Position numbers and translations under genes: made by a program. From Podarcis tiliguerta (Eukaryota), in NCBI GenBank assembly GCA_965153285.1, contig OZ229118.1: a stretch of DNA of 64,000 bases. One strand, given 5' to 3'. Positions 40,240-52,480 of the stretch are shown here, in pieces. The notes beneath the pieces are model-generated. The model did no database searches. It saw only the letters and a list, made by a program, of their open reading frames with translations, and had not been told where the DNA came from. Positions within the stretch are counted from its first letter, which is position 1. Every line of letters starts with the position of its first letter.

Positions 40240-41410
40240 TTATCTTTATTTATTCATTAAATTTGTATAGCACCCTTCGTCCAAAGATCTCAGGGCAGTT
40301 CACAGTGTAAAATTACAAAATACATAATAAAAGCAAGAACAAACCAAACCAATAACCACCCCCTTGTGAACACATTTAAAAGGATATGGGATGTTCATCA
40401 GCCAAAGGCCTGGTTGAAGAGGAATGCTTTTGCCTGGCACCTAAAGGTGTATAATGAAGGTGCCAGGCGAGTCTCCCTGGGGAGAGCATTTCACAAAAGA
40501 GGAGCCACTGCAGAAAAGGCCCGTTCTTGTGTTGCCACTGTTGTTAATAAAAATATGCCCTTTTCCCTTATGGGGTATCCAAGAGCCCATATAGAGTCCT
40601 TACATAGGTTCCCTATTGGTAGGAGAAAATAACAGAGGCCAACCAGAGAATATTGAGAAGCAAAGCAGCTAGTAAGCTTGATCTTTATTGATCTGTTGCA
40701 ACAGGTCCCCTCACACGCAGGAGAGGAGGAGGAACCCCAAAATTGCTGTGCAAGGGCTTATAAAGACTTTTGAAATTCCCATTCCCCAGAAACATTATGC
40801 ATACATCACAGAAGGGGTGTAACCTAAGACCACCCCTCAGATACATCCCACTTACATCACAGAAATTTAAATGTTGTTTTTCTCCTGTCACAGTTTATCT
40901 CCTGTCTGGCAAGTTACTTGATTGGATTTCCTGGGGAGCCTGGCCATTCTTTTGTAGTGGTAAAATACTTATTTCCTGGGCCAGGTCACAGGCTCACACC
41001 TTATTCAAACAGACACAACACCACCCTCCACAACTTTCATTGAAGCAGCACATGAATAAGAGCCTCAGATGATCATCACAGGGTCTGGGTAGGTTCATAT
41101 GGGGAGAGGTGGCTCTGGAAGTATCGCGGTCCTGAGCTGTTTAGGGCTTTATAGATCAAAACCAGTATTTTGAATTGGGCCATAATTGACAGCCAGTGCC
41201 GTCGGGCCAGGATCGGTGTAATATGCTCAAACTATCTGGTCCAGGTGCGCAACCTGGCTGCCCATTTCTGAACTAGCAAGTTTCCGAACCAGCTTCAGAG
41301 GCAGCCCTATGTATAATGTAATCTAACCTACAGGTTACCAGAGCATAGACAACAGTAGTTAGGCTATCCCTATCCAAAGCTGATGGAAGGCACTTTGCAC
41401 CACTGAGGCA
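40240..41410 (-). mobile_element. L2 fragment interrupted by a solo LTR
   Basis: L2 sequence resumes after the duplicated CCAC. Confidence 0.7.
40539..41020 (-). mobile_element. Solo LTR (482 bp)
   Basis: TGTTGT...ACAACA termini; 4-bp TSD CCAC; minus-strand TATA (40758-40764) then AATAAA (40684-40689). Confidence 0.8.
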
Positions 41411-41480
41411 CTGCTGCTGTGGATTTAATCAATTTGGTAGTAACTTTATTAAATAATATTAATGTAAACTTATTAGACTA

Positions 41481-41730
41481 CAGTAGAGCCTCTACTTACG
41501 TCCCGCTCTACTTAGGCCTGTTCCAAGTCGTGACCGCGGCAAACCCGGAAGTAAACACCAGGTTTGCCGTGATTCACACACATGTAGAAGCGGCTGCTGC
41601 TGTCTGCACATGCACAGAAGCGGGCTGCCACCAAATGTGCCTGCGGACAATGGCGCTTCTACCAGCGACCTATTTTGCCGTAAGGACGGGCCTCCGGAAT
41701 GGATTGTGGTCGTGAGTAGAGGTTCCACTG
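41481..41730. mobile_element. Tigger-like MITE family D
   Basis: TIR CAGTRGARCCTCTACTYACG; TA flanks. Confidence 0.85.
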
Positions 41731-42352
41731 TATTTGTATCTTTGCATAAATGTGTGTGTTCTGCATGTGTGACTATATCCATCAGGAGGAGGAGATAGTG
41801 TGGAGGCCTCAATAGCTTCAGCCTTTTACCGCCACTACAAAATTTATATTGGTCAGTGGGTAGATGACGGCTTCTTGGTAACAATCAGCAATTATTCGCT
41901 CTTTACATTTTCAAAAATTGTGCTAACGTTAGGGACCCTTGTTGACCAGCGAGTAAAAGACACAGAGGGAAGAAAATAAATATGGAGGTGAGAATGCTGA
42001 GAGCCCCCATCGGTTGGAAAGTTGTCAGATGACACCATAAACTTTCAGAGATGAGTACAGATGAAATAACTAGCCCTGTGATCAGTTTAAAAGCGATTAA
42101 AGTTGAAGTGGAAAAGAAGCAGACAGTGTTTAAGAAATAGTCATCTGTTTCTTGAGGTTAAGGCTTAACAGTGACTCACATGGGACTGTGTTTGTTCAGT
42201 GACTCAGGAGGTGGAGCTACTTTTCTCTTTCCAAGCCAGTTAGCCCTTCAAGAGCTGAACTTGTCTGTTGAGCCTGAGATTCTACCTTAGCTTGACCCTC
42301 TTGTTTCTCCCAAAATGCTGCGTAATCCCCATCTGGGTCCCCTTAATTGTAG

Positions 42353-42583
<231 letters not shown>

Positions 42584-43913
42584 TAGTTAACCTCCCTACA
42601 TAATGTCAAACGACGAGGCAGGGAGAGGGAAATATGTGATGCAGAAGCCTGAGTTTCTCAAAGAAAAACCAAGACACAAATGCAATTCATATGTAGCTTT
42701 TAGCAGATTGTGCTACGCTGTGCCAGTAAGGCATTCTTCTCATCCATTCTGACGTTGCATTCCTGTTTACAAAACCGTTCATGTTGCGATCTGGTACAGT
42801 CCTAAATAAAAAGTACCTTAAAGCAGTGGTTTCAACCAATGGAAGTCTGTAATGTTGTTACACACAGAAAATGCTCTTCCCTTTCATCCTGCACAACACA
42901 CTAATACTGCACAGACTTCACGCACGACAGATTTATAAAACCTTTTGAACTTTTGAACAATTTCCCCAAGTTTGTTATACTTCTAGCACTTAATGTGCAA
43001 GATCGGTCACCCTTGTGTAGAGGAAGGAAAGGGAACAGAAAGAGGTCTGTGTATATGGGGTTTTTTTGGGGGTGGGTGGGTTAAGAGAGAGTATTGAAGA
43101 TTCCCTGTTGTAGCTGGTATCAGGATCAGGCTGGAACTTGGGAAGGTTTTGCATGGAACCGAGCCAGGGATAAGCTGACACTAAGACTACTAGCCCTCAG
43201 CACAAGAGGGTCTGCCCTGCTAACTAGACAATGACAGATGCCCGCTTCCTGGTTCTAATAAATTTTGTGGTCACTCTGGAAGCATCTTCTTGGTCTATCA
43301 AAGGGAGTGATATGGGGATCTCTGTTCACTGCCAGGCCTGAAGACATCTCTGAATACTTCCAGTTCTAAGTATCTCACTCACCTAGAGTTCTATCTGTCC
43401 TTGGCACTCCTGGTTCTGCCATTGCATTCTTCAACTCAAAAAGGTGCACAGCGAATCTTGAAATGGACAGCTGCTTCTCTTGTACACATTTCCTTCTTCT
43501 GTTCTAATCTTTCTTCTCTTTTGTACACATTCCTATTGTTCTAATGGCGGGCACATAGAACAGGGACGTTTTGGTGGTGGCCTGCGGTTGTGGAATTCAG
43601 TCCCATGTGACATGAGGAAAGCTTCATCCCTTGATACTTTTAAATGGGCCGTGAAGACCCATCTTTTTGTCATGGCCTTCAGTGAGTAACTTGCAAGCAG
43701 TAGAACTAGTGCTGAGTTCTGGTTATGTATGTGTTTTAAGTTACGTTGGGTTATTTGCGCTAGCTTTCAGTAGTTTTAAGTAGATGCTTTATATTTTATT
43801 GCCTATGTTTTAATTTGTATTATGTCATGCCCCTTTACATAGAATGTCTTTCTTGAAAACCAGGCTGCTATATGAAATTAAAATATATAAATCAGTGTTT
43901 TCTTGATACACAG

Positions 43914-43946
43914 GGGCAAGAACCACCAGCTCCACCTGTGGACTAG
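43914..43946 (+). CDS. SMIM14: SMIM14 last coding exon (GQEPPAPPVD*)
   Basis: acacag| acceptor; matches the SMIM14 C-terminus; TAG at 43944-43946; spliced product 101 aa. Confidence 0.95.
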   Translation, partial: GQEPPAPPVD

Positions 43947-46507
43947 ACCTTACTGGAGGAAGCTCAGCGACTGTAACCTTGCACGACCAAAAGAACGAAC
44001 GTGACCAGAATACTCCTCTATGTCGCACACAATACAGTTCTGCTCCATACATTTATAATTGTTTTGCACCCCCTCCCGTTATATTTGAATAAGTTAACAT
44101 ATGTGGCAGTTTTGCTGATGTTCATTGGGCTCTAGGCACTATTGCACTTTGCAATAATATCCGAAAGAAAATTAAAGCCTAGTTGTCATTTTTCAAACAG
44201 TTCTTTCCCTGCAGTCCACCAATAATGTCTCCATGATCTATGTGCATTTATGGGGTGGAGGGAACTGCACAAAAATTCCCATTGAATGTGCCATTATCTG
44301 TAGAGTTGATTTAGAACAGGGGTGGCTAATCTGTGCTCCTCTTAATAATGCTGGACTAAAACTGCCATCATTTCCAATCAGCATGGCCAACGGTCAGGGA
44401 CGGTGTAAATTATTGTCTGGCAACATCCAACTGGCCACACGTTAGGCTCCCCAATTTAGAAAAACCCAAATTGTATCTCAATACAACTTTGGATTTACTC
44501 TGTGCCTGCGAACCAGAAATGTTTCACAGGGGTTCTGTCTACTATTTATATCTGTGTTAGTGTTGTCCAAAGTACATCCTTCTCTAAAATAAGGCCAAAT
44601 TAAATGTATTTATTGGAAGCAAGCAAATAAATTTAGTATTGTATTAAGATAACTAAAGAGTGCATAACTAAATGTTACATTTGAAACTAGGAATATTTAC
44701 AAATACTATAATAAAAATAGTTACCTGTATACTTCTCTGTAGTGGCTATTACAGTCCACAGCTACCTATATCCAGTTATTTTCTGTAAATGTAGGGCTCC
44801 AATGTGCATGTGAAGCTGCTCTGGATTGTAAAGGTTTCCCATTCAGTTCAGTGGCAGGGCAGCAGCATGGTGTATGTGGGTAAAAATGATGCATTTGTAA
44901 GGATTTCCCCTGTCATTGAAGTTGTTAGAAGCCTTTGAAAGAAGGAAGCAGTCTATGCATATTGGACTCTTTCTGGAACTGTAGATCAGAACACCTCAAT
45001 ACATCTTATTCAAATACTGGGGGGGAAACAATGACCAAATACAACAATCTCATTCTATTTTGAAATCCATAGAACTAGATTTATCCTATGTACTTACTTG
45101 CTGCATCCCTCCAATCTGCATTATTTATTTTCAGACATTAACATTTTCATATTCTTAGAAACAGCTTGCCAGAGCTGTGCCTCTAAGGCAAGAGTCCAGC
45201 TGCCATTTTTTTATGGATGGAATCAGCAAACAGTAATGTAAAGACACCAGATGTTCACAGAAATAGAACAGATTGCTTGCAAATATAAAACATAGTTTTA
45301 AGGACTGCCATTTGGATTTAAAATGTTGTTTTATGCGTTACGAATTACATTTTCTATGTTTAGCTTTCCCTTAAAGTGTGCGGGAGACAATAGGATTCTT
45401 CAGGATCACTTGTGGACATACCCTAAGACATCTTAAGAGACATCTTAAGTGTTGCTTAAATCCCCAGCAAGAGATATTCTGTATATCACAGAAACTGAAG
45501 TGGTAAGCTGAGGTGATAAAATTCTGGACTGTACCACTTGCAATTGCAGATGTGTGGAAGGTGTCATCGTTCTGAATGCTAAAACCTTTCCTGCTTCAAA
45601 TAAACTATCGCATTAGAGAAGGCCTCATGAAACCTTTGTGTCTGATGGGATAGTTTACATCTTGCAGAGATCCCCTTCCTAGGTGCAGAAGCGTTCAAAA
45701 GCATGCACCTCCCACCTGCAGTCTCAAGTGTACAGCCCAGAATTCTGCTCTCTCAGTATGCAATGTGTAGAACAGCTTTAATGCTGAAAGCATCCTCAAA
45801 TTTGGCTTCTTTGAACAGACTTTTCAATGAGACATAATTTATGGTTGCCAGAAATGAAATGTAGGAATTGTAATTTGCATTTTTCTTACGCATTGTCAAT
45901 TACTTTACTTTATTCTTGGAATAACCAACAGGAAAATGTAAGATGGCTTAGATGATTTGGTATGCATGTACTCATAATTCCAGTTTTAACTACTGGAAAG
46001 GAAAATACATATGCAATAAGTAATTTAAGAACATTATGCTGTTCAGTCCTGTGCATGTTTACTTGGAAGTCCTATTATGTTCAGTGGGGCTTGCATCTGA
46101 GTATGTGTTCCTAAGACTGCAGCTGGGAGTGAAACAAAACAACTCTGCCTGTTTTTCTTCATCAGAGAACAAAAAGAACCCTTTTATGTTTTAGATTGGC
46201 TATGAAGCTCCTTACTGACAATTTTATAGCAATTTAGCAATATCGCAGCAAAACAGCTTGCAATAATTTACAGAATCGTAGAGTTGGAAGGGACCATCAT
46301 TCTAGCACAACCCCTAGCAATGCAGCAATAATGGCCTAACTCTACAAACAAAACATTTCTTTGGTCCTATGCTAAATTTGCATTAGTGACCCCTCAAATA
46401 TGGATTTCGAACAAAAATATTTTTGAGGAAGATGCCTTATACTGGATTGGTCTATCTTCCTCGCTGTTGTCTACACTGACTGGCAGTGACACTCCCAGGA
46501 GACGTTC

Positions 46508-46749
46508 CCAGTATGGTGTAGTGGTTAAGAGCAGTGGACTCGCAATCTGCTGAACCGGGTTCGATTCCCCGCTCCTCCACATGCAGCTGCTGGGTGACCT
46601 TGGGCTAGTCACACTTCTTTGAAGTCTCTCAGCCTCACTCACCTCACAGAGTGTTTGTTGTGGGGGAGGAAGGGAAAGGAGAATGTTAGCCGCTTTGAGA
46701 CTCCTTAAAGGGAGTGAAAGGCGGGATATCAAATCCAAACTCTTCTTCT
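46508..46749 (+). mobile_element. Squam3-like SINE within the probable SMIM14 3'UTR
   Basis: Near-identical to 24227-24470. Confidence 0.85.
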
Positions 46750-48245
46750 ACTTGGAAATGCCAAGGATTTGTCTAGGACCTTCTTCATGCAAAGCAGATG
46801 CTTCAACACTGAGTTATGGCCCTTCTTGACTCCTTTCATCTTGTTATGGGAAAAGCCACGGCAAATTTAAACCAATCTCGTTGTGATTTATACTTCTACA
46901 GTAGAATAAATGTGCCTTAATAAGGGTCCTAAATTGTACCATGGTAAGATTTTTTTGTTTACGGGGGTGGGGGCGCTACTAGCAATTTTTTTCACCCACC
47001 CCAGACAACGTATGACGATTAACATTCTTGCTAACTTAGGAGCAAGCAGAGCAATCCGTACTGCGCTTTAAGACAGTCTTTTGAGCATCAGAGAAGCTGT
47101 TCCAGATTGCTTAACCTGCCGCAAAACAGTGTGTTGCAGAAGATTCAAATAACGTTTAAAAAAAAATTGTGGTGGCGTTCATTACATTTAGCTTTGTCTA
47201 TGATGGACCTGTTGCTCTTGGTCTTCATGGACCGGCATGCTATAGTACAGCTAGGCATTGGAAGCTGACTTCCAGACATGTTTGTGCACTCTTGCCAAAC
47301 CTGGCAAGGAACTCGAGGATTGCCAGAACAGTTTGAAAACCTCTGCTTTAAGATTTCAGATGGAGGGATGGTGGGGAAATAGGGGCTGTCAACCAACATC
47401 TAGTCCAGTGTAGAAGGGGAAATGGAAATATTCTGCTGAGAGGCCCAAACTGCATTCTCCCTCCTTTTCCAATACACTTACACTGGTGGTGGTTGAGGAA
47501 AGGAAGGTGTCCTTTAGTGCCTCTGTACAAGATTCACTTCTCATGAATCTTCTTAGAACTTGATCTTTGTATTAAGGGTTCAGTGATCAGATGGAGAGAC
47601 ACTGCACAGCCTGCTTGATGGGAAAGAGAAAGCAGGCTTGCAGTTTATGCTTTAGTTTCTAATACTTCTAAAAAAAACACACACACATGCTTTGAATGCA
47701 CAAGCTAGACATGGCATCAGGCTTTCTCACACTTAAAAAAAAGTTAATAGTAGCCACACAGGGCGGGGAAGTAGGGAAGAGATTTGGATTAGGACCATGG
47801 CACTTGAGGACGGGATCACCCTCTTTTCTAATGGTGTTTCCTAATTAAAGTCACCACCACCTGCTAAACAGCTTCAGGGAGGGAGTTTTAATTGCAAGAC
47901 CACCATGGGAGAAGAGGGCTATACCGCCATACATTCTACACTGCGGCCCTGATCAAATCCCATCCTATAGCTCCTATTAACTTGCTTCAAAACAAAGGGA
48001 AATCCTGATCACATAAATCTTCATTGACCCTAGGTTCACATGTGCTTATAGAATATCAGCAGTTCACTTAGCCTTAATTTTCTGATGCAGACGTAATAAT
48101 GTGACTTGTGTTTTTATAGTTTAGATTGGGAGGCTTTAAAATCGTTTGAATCATGCCAGACAAAAATCGTATCTGTGCCATTTGGGAATTTGCAGTTTTT
48201 TAACTAAGGTTTTTGCTTGTACTATGCACTTTTTAAAATGATCTA

Positions 48246-48251
48246 AATAAA
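48246..48251 (+). terminator. Candidate distal poly(A) signal of SMIM14 (3'UTR about 4.3 kb)
   Basis: AATAAA with U-rich/TGTA upstream sequence and GT-rich TGTGAATGTGTG downstream; proximal AATAAA copies also exist near 44.6-44.7 kb. Confidence 0.45.
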
Positions 48252-48328
48252 TAGTAACCATTAGTTACCCTCTGTGAATGTGTGGATTTTATACATGATC
48301 AGTTTGGGAGTGAAGTAACAATTTATCT

Positions 48329-49459
48329 TTGTTGTTGTTTAGTCGTTCAGTCGTGTCCAACTCTTCGTGACCCCATGGACCAGAGCACGCCAGGCACTCC
48401 TGTCTTCCACTGCCTCCCACAGTTTGGTCAGACTCATGCTGGTAGCTTCTAGAGCACTGTCCAACCATCTCGTCCTCTGTCGTCCCCTTCTTCTTGTGCC
48501 CTCCATCTTTCCCAACATCAGGGTCTTTTCCAGGGAGTCTTCTCTTCTCATGAGGTGGCCAAAGTATTGGAGCCTCAGCTTCATGATCTGTCCTTCCAGT
48601 GAGCACTCAGGGCTGATTTCCTTAAGAATGGATGCATTTGATCTTCTTGCAGTCCATGGGACTCTCAAGAGTTTCCTCCAGCACCATAATTCAAAAGCGT
48701 CAATTCTTCGGCGATCAGCCTTCTTTATGGTCCAGCTCTCACTTCCATACATCACTACTGGGAAAACCATAGCTTTTACTATACGGACCTTTGTTGGCAA
48801 GGTGATGTCTCTACTTTTTAAAGTGCTGTCTAGGTTTGTCATTGCTTTCCTCCCAAGAAGCAGGCGTCTCTTAATTTCGTGGCTGCTGTCACCATCTGCA
48901 GTGATCATGGAGCCCAAGAAAGTAAAATCTCTCACTGCCTCCATTTCCTCCCCTTCTATTTGCCAGGAGGTGATGGGACCAGTGGCCATGATCTTCGTTT
49001 TTTTGATGTTGAGCTTCAGACCATATTTTGCGCTCTCCTCTTTCACCCTCAATAAAAGGTTTTTTAATTCCTCCTCACTTTCTGCCATCAAGGTTGTGTC
49101 ATCTGCATATCTGAGGTTGTTGATATTTCTTCCAGCAATCTTAATTCCGGCTAGGGATTCATCCAGCCCAGCCTTTCGCATGATGAATTCTGCATATAAG
49201 TTAAATAAGCAGGGAGACAAAATACAGCCTTTTTCGTACTCCTTTCCCAATTTTGAACCAATCAGTTGTTCCATATCCAGTTCTAACTGTAGCTTCTTGT
49301 CCCACATAGAGATTTCTCAGGAGACAGATGAGGTGATCAGGCACTCCCATTTCTTTAAGAACTTGCCATAGTTTGCTGTGGTCGACACAGTCAAAGGCTT
49401 TTGCATAGTCAATGAAGCAGAAGTAGATGTCTTTCTGGAACTCTCTAGCTTTCTCCATA
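48329..49459 (-). mobile_element. 5'-truncated BovB LINE with RT domain (one +1 frameshift near 49230)
   Basis: FIDYAKAFD, G.RxGCILSP, NLRYADDT motifs; (CAA)n tail. Confidence 0.96.
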
Positions 49460-49564
49460 TCTAGTTGACTCTTTTAACTTAGGTTTTGTTTTGTTTTTTT
49501 ACAGCTCCCTCCTCCGTTCTTTTTCTCTTGGCTGCCCCATTTACATTATTATGTTGCCATGATT

Positions 49565-50700
49565 TTAAGTTTTGGACCAAAGATCACAATTTGAAAAAGA
49601 ACTGTTAAAAAATAGGGATAAACATCAGTCTAAAATGTATCATTTCTTGTTAGAATGGGAAACAAAAGACAAGCTAGTTAAAGCATCCAGTGACACACTG
49701 GGCAATAATGTAGATACAGGACACAATATAGAACTGGACCTCTGGTAGAAACTTTGGAAAAGTGATATGAAATTTACTGTGTGTTATTCTCTGAAAGAGA
49801 ACTACAGTGGTACCTTAGTTCCCGAATTTAATCCATTCCGGAAGTCCGTTCCGACTCCTGAAATGGTTCAAAAACCAAGGTGCGGCTTCCGATTGGCTGT
49901 AGGAGCTTCCTGTACTCAATCAGAAGCCGCGTCAGACGTTTGGATTCAGAAAAACATTTGCAAACCAGAACACTCACTTCCAGGTTTGCGGCATTCGGGA
50001 GCCAAACCATTCAACTACCAAGGTACCACTGCATTTGAAAATGATTCCTAGATGGTATTTAACTCTCATTAGGTTGGCTAAGATGTATAACATAGAATCG
50101 GATACATGTTGGAAATGTAAAGAAATGGGAGGTACCCTTTTCATATGTGCTGGATATGCAGAAAGGTGAAAGAATATTGGGAAATTATTTATGATGAACT
50201 GAAAAAAATGTTTAAATTTGCCTTCCCCAAAAACCCAGTCCTTTTTGTTGGGAATAACCCAAGTAGAAATTCCTAGGTGCCAGTAGTTTATTTATGTATG
50301 CAACAACAAAAGCCCATGTATTGTTGGCCCAAAAAGAGGATTGGCAACTTAAAGATGTTAGAATATGCAGAACTTGCAGGTTTAACCCACAGATTAAAAG
50401 AGCAAGAAGAACACGTATTTAAAAATGAGTGGGAAATATTTATTGAATATATGGAAAATAGTTGTACACACCTGAAAACGCTGGCAGCATTAAAATAAAT
50501 CCAACAGAGTAAATGGTAACTGATTGATGTAAAAGTTTGAAAATTGATTTGAATGGTCATAGTAAAATATACAGGAAACCACAAACCATGGAAGAAGCAA
50601 AGTCACTGGATGTTTCAAAGTTTGTAAAATGTTTAATTGGTTATGTAGCAAAAATGAAAACTCAATAAAATAAAATATAATAAACAGGCTTATAAATAAA
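49565..50700 (+). mobile_element. L1 ORF2 3' fragment
   Basis: CWKCK..GT.FHM.W.C zinc knuckle; EYAELA...KNEW; A-rich tail; split by a MITE. Confidence 0.8.
49805..50031 (-). mobile_element. Tigger-like MITE family F nested in L1
   Basis: TIR CAGTGGTACCTTRGT; related copy at 54252. Confidence 0.85.
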
Positions 50701-51149
50701 GTTAAGACACACACATCCCATCCCACAAATGTATGCTGCCTCAAGTTAGGCATGCACTCTCCATTCCATTTGTATGTTTTCCAGTATTTTTAATTTTTTT
50801 GCTACTATAAAATACTGTATTGAAATGTTTAAGTCTCTGGTGATCCTTGAATCTTCCCGCCAGCCTTGCCATCCTCTCCTGACGCGCCTTTGGAGAACCA
50901 CTGAATCGCACCCCATTCACGCCGCATATTTAAAAAGCCACTCACTTCCCGCCCCGCCCCCTCAACACGCTAAGAATTCTGGGATCTGTAGTTTGCCAGG
51001 GGTGCTCCTAACTGGGGTGAGGCTCCCGCTCCCCTCACGGAACTACCAATTCCCAGTGAAGAGAGAGATGTGGTGGTCAAGCCACTCTGGCCCCAGCCTC
51101 TTTTATCAAAAGGTCGCTGCGTATCCCGTTTCCCTAAGCAACACCTAAT

Positions 51150-52480
51150 GAAAGCCTCCATAAAAAAATTAAAATAACATAAAAGCGAGGCCGTGAGAGT
51201 GGCGGCCGCAGACGGCTTCCTCCCCACCCCCCCGCCCCAAATGCTTTAATTTCCCCTCAAACGCGGCCTGTCTGGACGGAGGAACCGAGGCGCTCGCTCG
51301 CTCGGCCGTCCGGAGACGGAGAGCGCGTGAGGTAAACCCTGGCCAAGCCCGGGAAAAGCCACGTCGCTGAGGCGGCGGGCCTGGGAAGATGGGCCACGTA
51401 AGCGCTTCTCGTAGTCGCCGCAGCTTCAGGGCGCTCGCCTGGGTGTGCAGCAGGGATTTGAGGCCGAGCTCCGGGGCAGCAGCAAGGCCGAAGCGGCCCC
51501 GGAGGCCTTGCCTGCCGCCACACCCAGCCCGCTTCCCTTAGCGCGGGAAGCCAGAGGCGACTAGGCCTCGGGCAGCAGCGTTTTCTTGGGCCTCCTCGCT
51601 GGGGGAGAAGGTAGAGGCCGGCTTGGGGGCCTCGGCCCAGCGTAACTGGGGAAACCTAGCCAAATGGGCGGGGTTTTAATTTTAATAATAAAAATATCAG
51701 CACCTTCGCCGGAGGAAGGAGGCGGAAGCGAGAGGCAGAATAAGAGACCCCGCTCGTCCTCTCAAGATCCTTGAGGACACCTCGCTCTCCCAAACGATTC
51801 CGACCCGCATTTTATGCTTCCCCATAAATCTCCCCGCCTCTTCTCTCCAGTAGGAGCTGCTCGCCTCGGCCGCCTCCAAATACCTCCAGGCTCCAAAAAT
51901 AAATTTCATTTTCCCTCACTGCCTCCTCCTTTCGTCCCCGATCCCTTGCATGGGCTTCTGCATTTCCTCCCTCCGAGATCCAGGGATCCTTCGCCGCCCG
52001 CCGCTCTCAGCCCCCCTGCGGATTTCTGCCAGCTCTCTCGCTCTTTTCCAGCCATCCCAGTACTGCTTTCCCAGTAACCCGCTTTCATTCATTCATTCAT
52101 CCATCCATCCTGCAAACTCCCAAACATGCCGGCGGAATCTTCCTTGGCTCTTCCCCAGCGCCAGATCTCCTAGCCCGATCGCCGCCTTCCTTTTTCGCTC
52201 CTCCCGGCCAGATCTTCGCCATCCTCCCGCCCCCGGACCCCACTTTTCCCTCCCACTGCCCGGGCGGGAAAGGGGAGGGATCCGCCGCTGCCCTCCGGGG
52301 GGGAAATAGAGGAAAGCGGCTCTTTAAAAGCGGGGCGGCGCCGGCGCCTGGGATCCACTCGCCTGCTCGATCCCTGCCCGGCCGCATCCGCTCCTGCTCC
52401 GTCCAGCTGCGGCACAGCCTCCTTCGCTTCCTGCCCATCCAAGGCACCGGGACCGCGGATCGCTGTATGTATTCCTTTTT
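51150..52480. promoter_or_regulatory. CpG island / UGDH promoter (bipartite)
   Basis: Two CpG-rich blocks; GC boxes and TATA-like TTTAAAA at 52323-52329. Confidence 0.8.
52352..52464 (+). other. UGDH: UGDH non-coding exon 1 (5' end approximate)
   Basis: Starts about 25-30 nt after TTTAAAA; donor GCT|GTATGT at the sharp end of the CpG island. Confidence 0.65.

Noticed and set aside
48367-49371. 334-aa plus-strand ORF
   Set aside because: Shadow frame antisense to the BovB RT; in this register stops need rare codon pairs, and the same shadow occurs at 6510-6707
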